From an uncultured Myxococcales bacterium (GTDB taxonomy: Bacteria > Myxococcota_A > Polyangia > Nannocystales > Nannocystaceae): 36,240 bases of DNA. Positions 17,641-24,251 of this stretch are shown here, piece after piece. The notes under the pieces were generated by a model. It was given only the letters and a program-made list of their open reading frames with translations, made no database searches and was not told the DNA's origin. The stretch lies in assembly GCA_965649595.1 (NCBI GenBank), contig CBFGLP010001568.1:1-36240 (forward strand), given 5' to 3'. Position 1 is the first letter of the stretch. Every line of letters starts with the position of its first letter. Made by a program: the position numbers and the translations under genes.

Positions 17641-18214
17641 GAGCGAGGTAAGCGATAGTTCGAGCGGCCCTGTCTGGCGTGGGGTCGTGATGCACGACGA
17701 AGCCGCGCGATGAGCTGAGGATCGCTCGCCAGTCCAATGGCCCATCGCCGTCGCTGCCTCGCGCGTGCTCGATTTCGGCTACGCAGATGGTGCGCTTGCA
17801 GCTCGCGGAGAGCAGCTTCGCACCAGCCGGACCGTGGATGGCGAAACCACTCGCGATTTGCTGCTCCATGGCAGGCGCCCAGTCGAGATCCACGGCCTCG
17901 CGCTCCGCTACGGCGAGGAGCAGCGAGGCCCGACGCTCGCTGATCTCTCGCTCGCGAGCGATGAGCACCGCTAGGTCTTGCTCTTCGTGAGCCTCGGCAG
18001 CGTCGCCCTGCGATTGCTGGTCTCGTTCGGCCATCATTCCGCGCAAGCGCGCGACCTCGCTGGCCAAGGCCTCGAGCTCCTCTCTCTCGGCCGCTGGTGC
18101 GGGGTGCCGTGCATGGTCCTGAAGCTCGTCCGAGGAGTCGCGGATGAGCGTTCCGAGCACGACTCCCGCACCGCTGGCGAGCACGAACAACGAGACATGC
18201 ACGATCCGATTCAT
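17615..18214 (-). CDS. Membrane-anchored protein, array family B, copy B1 (199 aa)
   Basis: N-terminal hydrophobic anchor MNRIVHVSLFVL, coiled-coil LASEVARLRG, then EAVDxDWA, CKRTIC and AYLARDGHSLPR. Confidence 0.85.
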   Translation of the reverse strand: MNRIVHVSLFVLASGAGVVLGTLIRDSSDELQDHARHPAPAAEREELEALASEVARLRGMMAERDQQSQGDAAEAHEEQDLAVLIAREREISERRASLLLAVAEREAVDLDWAPAMEQQIASGFAIHGPAGAKLLSASCKRTICVAEIEHARGSDGDGPLDWRAILSSSRGFVVHHDPTPDRAARTIAYLARDGHSLPR

Positions 18215-18236
18215 CTTTGATTCCCCATCGAGGTGT

Positions 18237-18264
18237 TCGATGCCTAGCAGGGTGCGGAAGGCAG
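18237..18264 (-). promoter_or_regulatory. Weaker copy of the B-gene upstream motif (CTGCCT-N16-CATCGA)
   Basis: Same 16-bp spacing as the three + strand copies; ends 22 nt upstream of the B1 ATG. Confidence 0.3.
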
Positions 18265-18553
18265 GGAGCAGGTCGCGGTTGCGAGCCCCGAGACCGAGGA
18301 TGAACGTGGACCCCTCGGGGGCAAGCGGTGGGCCGATGCGCCGGCGATTTAGTCGAGTGGCCGAGCCTTTGGTGGCTGTCCCCGGCCAAGTCGATTCGCG
18401 GGAAGGATTCGGCGCTCACGATATAGATGATCAGCGATGCCCTTCGTCGCGGCGCAGCGGGCACGACCTACGTCGGTGTGTTGGCGCTTGTCGATGCGCC
18501 CATCCGCACGCGAGACTGAGCGAGGCGGCTCCCGGAGCCGAGAGGCGAGACGC

Positions 18554-20026
18554 ATGGCATCCGAGCACCAGCAGGTTGGGGACGAGTATCTCGAGCAGCG
18601 CAGCTTGCAGCGCAGCGCGGGCGCGCTGCTGCTGTGGGGCCTCGGGGTCGGCTACGTGATCTCCGGTGACTTCTTCGGCTGGAACTTCGGCCTGGCCGCA
18701 GGCGGCTTCGGCGGCATGGCGATCGCGGTCGTCCTGATGGCCGCGCTCTACCTCGCGATGATCTTCTCGATCGCCGAGTTGGCCACGATGATGCCGGTCG
18801 CGGGAGGACCCTACGCGTTCGCCCGGCGGGCGCTCGGGACCTGGGGTGGGTTCATTACCGGGGTCGCGGTGACGATCGAGTACGTGCTCGCACCGGCCGT
18901 GATCGCGACGGGGATCGGTGGCTACGTGGCGGGGATGTTCACCGCGGCGCCAGACTGGGTCGCCACCTGGGTCCCGATCTTGGCCTATGTCGTGTTCGTC
19001 GGCGTCAACTTGCTGGGCAGCCGCTTCTCGCTCGCGCTGCTGCTCGGGATCACGCTGATCTCGGTCGTGGTCTTGTTGATCTGGGCGGCCGCGATGTTGC
19101 CCCACGTCGACACCCAGAACTGGATCAACGTCGAGCCAGAGCCAGGCCAGTCGCGCTGGCTGCCGCACGGGCCCGCAGGCGTCGTCGCAGCCCTGCCTGC
19201 CGCAGGGTGGTTCTTCCTCGCGGTCGAGGGCGTGCCGCTCGCAGCCGAAGAGACGCGCAATCCCGGGGTCGCCCTGCCGCGGGGAATGATCGCCGCGATG
19301 CTCTCGCTGATCGGCTTCTCGGTGCTCACGCTCACGATCGGGCCCGGCGTCGGTGGGACCGCGACGCTGGCCGAGGCCGCCAACCCCTTGCCTGCCGCGA
19401 CCGAGGCGGCGGTCGGGCGCAGCTGGGTGTATTGGCTAGTGACGGTGATCGGCCTCGCCGGGCTGATCGCCAGCTTCTTCTCGATCATCTTCGCCTACTC
19501 GCGGCAGATCTTCGCGCTCTCGCGGGCGGGCTACCTGCCACGTTGGTTGTCGCGCACGAATCGGCACAAGGCGCCGCATTGGGCGTTGATCGTGCCTGCG
19601 GTGCTCGGCTATGCGGTGATCCGGCTGGTCGACTCGTTCAACGCGGGCGAGGTCGCGACCGGAGACCTGCTCATGCAGATGGCGGTGTTCGCCGCGTTGA
19701 TCTCGTACGCGATGATGCTGATCAGTCACTTCGTGCTCCGCCGTCGGGAGCCTCGCGCTGCCCGGCCCTATCGCACGCCGCTCTATCCATTCACCCCAGC
19801 CCTGGCGTTGCTGCTGGTGATCGTCGCGCTCAGCTCGACGATATTCTATGGTGGAGCGGCCGCGTTCGGGGTGCTGGGCACCGCGACCGTGCTGGTGATC
19901 GGGATTGCCTACTTCGGGCTCCATAGCCGGCACCACTTGATTGCGAGCGCTCCCGAGGAGGAGGCGGCGTTGATCTCGGCGGCCGAGCGAGAGCTCGATA
20001 GCCGCTCGAGCAGCACGGGCGGCTAG
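18554..20026 (+). CDS. eat: Ethanolamine permease (APC superfamily)
   Basis: YLEQRSL...LLWGLGVGYVISGDFFGWNFGL, MPVAGGPY, WFFLAVEGVPLAAEET, GLIASFFSIIFAYSRQ, RPYRTP and APEEE. ATG 18554 is the preferred start. Confidence 0.88.
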   Translation: MASEHQQVGDEYLEQRSLQRSAGALLLWGLGVGYVISGDFFGWNFGLAAGGFGGMAIAVVLMAALYLAMIFSIAELATMMPVAGGPYAFARRALGTWGGFITGVAVTIEYVLAPAVIATGIGGYVAGMFTAAPDWVATWVPILAYVVFVGVNLLGSRFSLALLLGITLISVVVLLIWAAAMLPHVDTQNWINVEPEPGQSRWLPHGPAGVVAALPAAGWFFLAVEGVPLAAEETRNPGVALPRGMIAAMLSLIGFSVLTLTIGPGVGGTATLAEAANPLPAATEAAVGRSWVYWLVTVIGLAGLIASFFSIIFAYSRQIFALSRAGYLPRWLSRTNRHKAPHWALIVPAVLGYAVIRLVDSFNAGEVATGDLLMQMAVFAALISYAMMLISHFVLRRREPRAARPYRTPLYPFTPALALLLVIVALSSTIFYGGAAAFGVLGTATVLVIGIAYFGLHSRHHLIASAPEEEAALISAAERELDSRSSSTGG

Positions 20027-20108
20027 CCGGCTCGACGAAGCTCTCTCCGCCGAACGCCACCAAAACCTTGCCTAGTTGCCCCCTCTCGCGGGCCGGGGGG
20101 TCGTATCG

Positions 20109-20136
20109 TTGCGGTTCGATCGACGATGCCCATCAT
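20109..20136 (+). promoter_or_regulatory. Conserved promoter-like motif upstream of B2 (TTGCGG-N16-CATCAT)
   Basis: Ends 29 nt upstream of ATG 20166; matches the motifs before B3 and B4. Confidence 0.55.
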
Positions 20137-20165
20137 CGACATTGCGATCGAGAGGTGGGGGCGGG

Positions 20166-20723
20166 ATGAATCGCATGGTGCATGTCTCCTTGTTCGTGCT
20201 CGGGAGCCTCGTCGGGGTTTCGATCGACTCGCTCGTCGGGGCGCGAGACACCGATCCAGTCGAGCGTCCAGCAGCCGACCCGTCGGTCGACATTCGAGCG
20301 GAGGGGCCGGCCAGCCTCGGTCTACGCAATGACGGATCCGAGCCTGCCGCCCGCGGCCCGGAGGCCGATCTCGAGCAGCTCGCAGCTCGTGAACGCGAGC
20401 TGGCCGAGCGCCGAGCCGCGGTCATCACTGCAGCGCTCGCCCGCGAGACCGTCGATCCCGACTGGGCTCCGATTACCCAGCGCAAGATCGCCGATGCCTT
20501 CGCCGCTCGGGGGCCGGGCGACGCGAGGCTGGCCTCCGTGGCCTGCGGGGCGAGTCTGTGCATGGCCGAGGTTCGGCTCGCGCGAGGTGACTTCGACAAC
20601 TTCTACTGGTTGGCGATACCCGGCCTCTCGCGTGGCTACGTCGTCCACGACGAGGCCACGCCCGAGGGCACGGCGCGAAGCGTCGCCTACCTCGCGCGGG
20701 TCGGTTACACGCTCCCAAAATGA
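20166..20723 (+). CDS. Membrane-anchored protein, family B, copy B2
   Basis: GAGG RBS region; MNRMVHVSLFVL, ETVDPDWA, CGASLC, GLSRG and AYLARVGYTLPK. Confidence 0.85.
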   Translation: MNRMVHVSLFVLGSLVGVSIDSLVGARDTDPVERPAADPSVDIRAEGPASLGLRNDGSEPAARGPEADLEQLAARERELAERRAAVITAALARETVDPDWAPITQRKIADAFAARGPGDARLASVACGASLCMAEVRLARGDFDNFYWLAIPGLSRGYVVHDEATPEGTARSVAYLARVGYTLPK

Positions 20724-20745
20724 TCACTACGAAAGGATGACAACC

Positions 20746-21276
20746 ATGAGCCATCGCAAGCAACGCAACCGAATCATCGCTGGGCTCGTCACCCTCTGCG
20801 GGACCGGTCTGGGCTGGGTCTTCGCGCCGGAGCTGGCCACACGCAACGCCAAGGCCGGCGACGACAAGATCTTCGGACCGCAGTTTTGCGTGCCGCTCGA
20901 GCCCGCTGGCGTCGGCATCGGCAACGCAGCGTTTCACGCTTACGAGGTCGAGCAGAACACTCAGGACGACTATCAAACCTTCGTCTGTCCGCTCGTGCGC
21001 GACTCGGTCACCGGCACGCTGGAGGGTGTTTGGGTCCGCCTGACCAACCGCAACATCGCCCACGATACTCCGCCGATTTGCTGCATTCACTCGGTCTCGG
21101 TCAGCACCGTACAGCAAGACTTCGAGTGTCAGGCGGTCGTCAACGTCGCTGCGCGGATGAGCCTGAGCTTCGAGCTCGACGACTTCACCGAGTTCGACTA
21201 CGGTCACTATGCGGTGACCTGCAGGCTCGGCGGCGAGGATACGATCATCAGCATCCGCACCAGCGAGTCGTCGTGA
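20746..21276 (+). CDS. Secreted 6-Cys acidic protein, family A, copy A4
   Basis: AAAGGA RBS; ATG 20746; GDDKIFGPQFC, FVCPLVRD, PPICC, DDFTEFDYGHY and SIRTSES. Confidence 0.85.
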   Translation: MSHRKQRNRIIAGLVTLCGTGLGWVFAPELATRNAKAGDDKIFGPQFCVPLEPAGVGIGNAAFHAYEVEQNTQDDYQTFVCPLVRDSVTGTLEGVWVRLTNRNIAHDTPPICCIHSVSVSTVQQDFECQAVVNVAARMSLSFELDDFTEFDYGHYAVTCRLGGEDTIISIRTSESS

Positions 21277-21329
21277 GCCGGCAGGATCCCGCCAAGCATG
21301 GCTCGATCGCCGTCGCACTCGCACGAGAG

Positions 21330-21357
21330 TTGCCATTGCAGTATCCTCATCCATCCT
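21330..21357 (+). promoter_or_regulatory. Conserved promoter-like motif upstream of B3 (TTGCCA-N16-CATCCT)
   Basis: Ends 31 nt upstream of ATG 21389. Confidence 0.55.
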
Positions 21358-21388
21358 CGCTATCGCCACCCGCAGAGCGGAGTCGTGA

Positions 21389-22453
21389 ATGAATCGAATC
21401 GTGCATGTATCCCTCATCGTTCTCGGGAGCTTCTTGGGCTTGTGGTTGGGTGCGGCAACCGATGAATCGGTGAATAACGGTTCCGCGCACGCGCGGGGCC
21501 ACGAGGACATGACCGATCAGCGCGGGCTCGATGACTTGGCGAGCGAGGTCGCTCGCCTGCGCCGGCTGGTCGGCGAGCTCGAGGAGGGAGCGCGCGGTCG
21601 AGGCAGCGACGATCAGGACGAGCCCGACATGGTGGCGCTCGGAGTTCGCGAGCGCGAGCTGAGCAAGCAGCGAGCGGCCACGCTCGCCGCCACGGCCGAG
21701 CGCGAGGCCGTCGACCCGAGCTGGGGTCCGATCACCGAGCGAAAGATCGCCAAGCGCTTCACCAACCGCGCACCGGCGGGCACCAAGCTGCTCTCCGTGG
21801 TCTGCAAGACCACCCTCTGCGTGGCCGAGATCCAGCACTCGAGGCCCCGCAGTGGCAACACGAGCTTGGACTGGCGAGCGATCCTCGGGCTATCGCGGGG
21901 CCTCATCGTGCACGGCGAGCCGACGGCGAGTGGGCGCCGCCACAGCGTGGCCTACCTGGCCCGCGACGGGCACCGCTTGCCGATCTCGTCGGGCCGGGAC
22001 TCGGCCACCGAGCCTGGGCTTCACGCGGCCGAGGCCGTCGACAAGATCTATGCCCCGCAGTCGTGTATGCCGATCGACCCGGACGTCGGCGGCATCGGCG
22101 ACGCGGACATCCGCTTCGACGCGGTCGAGCAGGTCACTCTCCCGGACTACCAGACCTTCATCTGCCCGCTGGTGCGCAGCGATGTCTCCGGTAGGCTCGA
22201 CGATGTGTGGGTGCGGGTGAACAACGCGAACTCCTACGAGGACACGCCTCCGCGTTGCTGCGTTCACTCAGTACCGCTCGGGGCCGGATTCGAGGACTTC
22301 GAGTGCAGGACCGCGCCAGACACCGAGACGCGGACGAGCCTGCACTTTGCGCCGGACGACTTCAGCGAGTTCGATCATGGCCACTATGTGGTGACCTGCG
22401 AGCTCGGCAGTGAGGACGGCATCATCAACATCCGCACTCGCGAGTCGCCCTGA
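21389..22453 (+). CDS. In-frame fusion of family B (B3) and mature family A domain (A5)
   Basis: A complete B domain to AYLARDGHRLP, the linker ISSGRDSATEPGLHAAEA, then VDKIYAPQSC...NIRTRESP. Confidence 0.85.
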   Translation: MNRIVHVSLIVLGSFLGLWLGAATDESVNNGSAHARGHEDMTDQRGLDDLASEVARLRRLVGELEEGARGRGSDDQDEPDMVALGVRERELSKQRAATLAATAEREAVDPSWGPITERKIAKRFTNRAPAGTKLLSVVCKTTLCVAEIQHSRPRSGNTSLDWRAILGLSRGLIVHGEPTASGRRHSVAYLARDGHRLPISSGRDSATEPGLHAAEAVDKIYAPQSCMPIDPDVGGIGDADIRFDAVEQVTLPDYQTFICPLVRSDVSGRLDDVWVRVNNANSYEDTPPRCCVHSVPLGAGFEDFECRTAPDTETRTSLHFAPDDFSEFDHGHYVVTCELGSEDGIINIRTRESP

Positions 22454-22629
22454 GCCGGACAGCCGGTATTCACCCAATTCGCTCGCTCGGCTGTGGGGCC
22501 AGCCCCGGTTTGTCTCCATCGTCATCGGGCGGCTCCTGCGGCTGCTGGGATTCGACGTGTTGGGCGCATTGTACGTGGCCATCAGAACAGGTCTTGGCAC
22601 GCGTTATCGACTTTGATTGGATTCGAGGT

Positions 22630-22657
22630 TTGCCGCGCGGCGATCGGAGTCCATCAT
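22630..22657 (+). promoter_or_regulatory. Conserved promoter-like motif upstream of B4 (TTGCCG-N16-CATCAT)
   Basis: Ends 32 nt upstream of ATG 22690. Confidence 0.55.
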
Positions 22658-22689
22658 TCGATGTAGCGGTGCATGACTAGGAGCCATGA

Positions 22690-23289
22690 ATGAAGCGAGT
22701 GGTGAATGTCTCGCTGTTCGCGATCGGAATCTCCGGAGGGGTGTTGATCGGTGCGCTCATGAGCGACTCGTCGGAGTCGCTCTCGAGTCATGCGCGAGAC
22801 TCCCTCGAGCTGGAGAACCGTCGGGAGATCGACGTATTGGCGAGCGAGGTGGCTCGCCTGCGAGGTGCAATGGCCGAACGAGGAGGTGAGCCGGTCGGCG
22901 CCGCGGTCGAGGACCACGCGGAACCCAACATTGCGGAGATCGCCGCCCGTGAGCGCGAGATGAGCGAGCGTCGAGCAGCGGTGATTGGCGCAGCGGTGAA
23001 TCGCGAGGCCGTAGACCCGGACTGGGCTCGAGCCATGCAGCTGCGCATTGCCAGTGGGGTCGCCGCCCACGGGGCGTCCGGCTCGAGGCTGATCTCCACG
23101 ATCTGCAAGACCACGATCTGCGTGGCAGAGATCGAGCACCCGCCGGGCGACGATGGCACCGGTCATTTGAGCTGGCGGGCAATGTTCGGCCTATCGCGCG
23201 GCTTTGTCGTGCATCACGAGCCGACGTCCGGGGGAGGCCATCGAAGCGTGGCTTACCTCGCGCGCGACGGATACTCGTTGCCGCGCTGA
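22690..23289 (+). CDS. Membrane-anchored protein, family B, copy B4 (199 aa)
   Basis: AGGAG RBS; MKRVVNVSLF, LASEVARLRG, EAVDPDWA, CKTTIC and AYLARDGYSLPR. Confidence 0.85.
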   Translation: MKRVVNVSLFAIGISGGVLIGALMSDSSESLSSHARDSLELENRREIDVLASEVARLRGAMAERGGEPVGAAVEDHAEPNIAEIAAREREMSERRAAVIGAAVNREAVDPDWARAMQLRIASGVAAHGASGSRLISTICKTTICVAEIEHPPGDDGTGHLSWRAMFGLSRGFVVHHEPTSGGGHRSVAYLARDGYSLPR

Positions 23290-23362
23290 GCCGAGCACGG
23301 CAGGACGGAAACCAACCAGACACGAACCAGCAGGGCACGAAACAATTGGATGGGAAACAGCC

Positions 23363-23899
23363 ATGAAGCACATGAAGAACCACGGGAACCACCCTCGAGT
23401 CATCGCCGGGCTCATTACCTTCTCTGGTCTGGTCCTGGGCGGGCTCCTGACCCATGGGCACGGAGCCCAGACCGCGATGGCGGCCGACGACAAGATCTTC
23501 GGGCCGCAGTTCTGCGTGCCCATCGACCCCGACGTCGGTGGGATCGGAAACGCGGATGTCCGTGTCGAGGAGATCGAGCAGACCACTCAGCAGGACTATC
23601 AGACCTTCATCTGCCCGGTGGTGCGTGATGTGGTCACTGGCACCCTCGACGATGTGTGGGTGCGGGTGAACAACGAAAACGACGACGAGGACACCCCTCC
23701 GCGTTGCTGTGTTTACTCCGTATCGCTCAACGGCGCCTTGAGCGATTTCGAGTGCAGGACCACGCCGGACGTCGAGACTCGGATGAGCCTGCACTTCGAC
23801 CTGGATGGCTTCGCCGAGTTCGATCACGGACATTACACGGTGACCTGTGAGCTGGGCACCGAGGACGCCATCGTCAGCTACCGCACCAGCGAGTCTTGA
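23363..23899 (+). CDS. Secreted 6-Cys acidic protein, family A, copy A6
   Basis: ATG 23363 (MKHMKNHGNH); full family motifs. Confidence 0.85.
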   Translation: MKHMKNHGNHPRVIAGLITFSGLVLGGLLTHGHGAQTAMAADDKIFGPQFCVPIDPDVGGIGNADVRVEEIEQTTQQDYQTFICPVVRDVVTGTLDDVWVRVNNENDDEDTPPRCCVYSVSLNGALSDFECRTTPDVETRMSLHFDLDGFAEFDHGHYTVTCELGTEDAIVSYRTSES

Positions 23900-23909
23900 G
23901 GTCCGAGCC

Positions 23910-24251
23910 GTGAAAGACCTCATTCATGACCGAATCGAGCGCACTCGACTGCTCGGCCACGAGCCCCTCGTTCTCTGCGGGCTGGCGCTGGGCTGGGCCC
24001 TGGCGCATGGGCACGCGAGCGGGACCGCGTTGGCGGCCGACGATAAGATCTTCGCGCCCCAGTCATGCCGGCCGTTGGGCTCCGGTCCGGTGTTCGGCGA
24101 GATCAGCCCTGCAGACATCCGCTTCGACGCCGCGGTGGTCTGCCCGCTGGTGCGTGACCAGGTCACCGGCACGCTGAGCGACGTGTGGGTGCGCCTGGAC
24201 GATCTCGACATGAACCGTGCCCAGCTGCGGGTCCGCGCCGCTCTGACTTGA
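23910..24251 (+). pseudogene. Truncated family A copy (A7)
   Basis: GTG 23910. It retains AADDKIFAPQSC and CPLVRDQVTGTLSDVWVRL, but the EQ...YQTF segment is deleted and everything from PPRCC onward is missing. The stop abuts the convergent gene at 24252. Confidence 0.7.

Noticed and set aside
22454-22616. Possible eroded extra A-type signal peptide (QPRFVSIVIG...)
   Set aside because: Only a 4-residue match to A2 (PRFV); no start codon with RBS and no DDKIF motif.
15895-24251. CRISPR array, DGR or shufflon as the explanation for the repeats
   Set aside because: The repeats are whole diverged coding paralogs. I saw no short regular repeats, reverse transcriptase, adenine-specific variation or recombinase.
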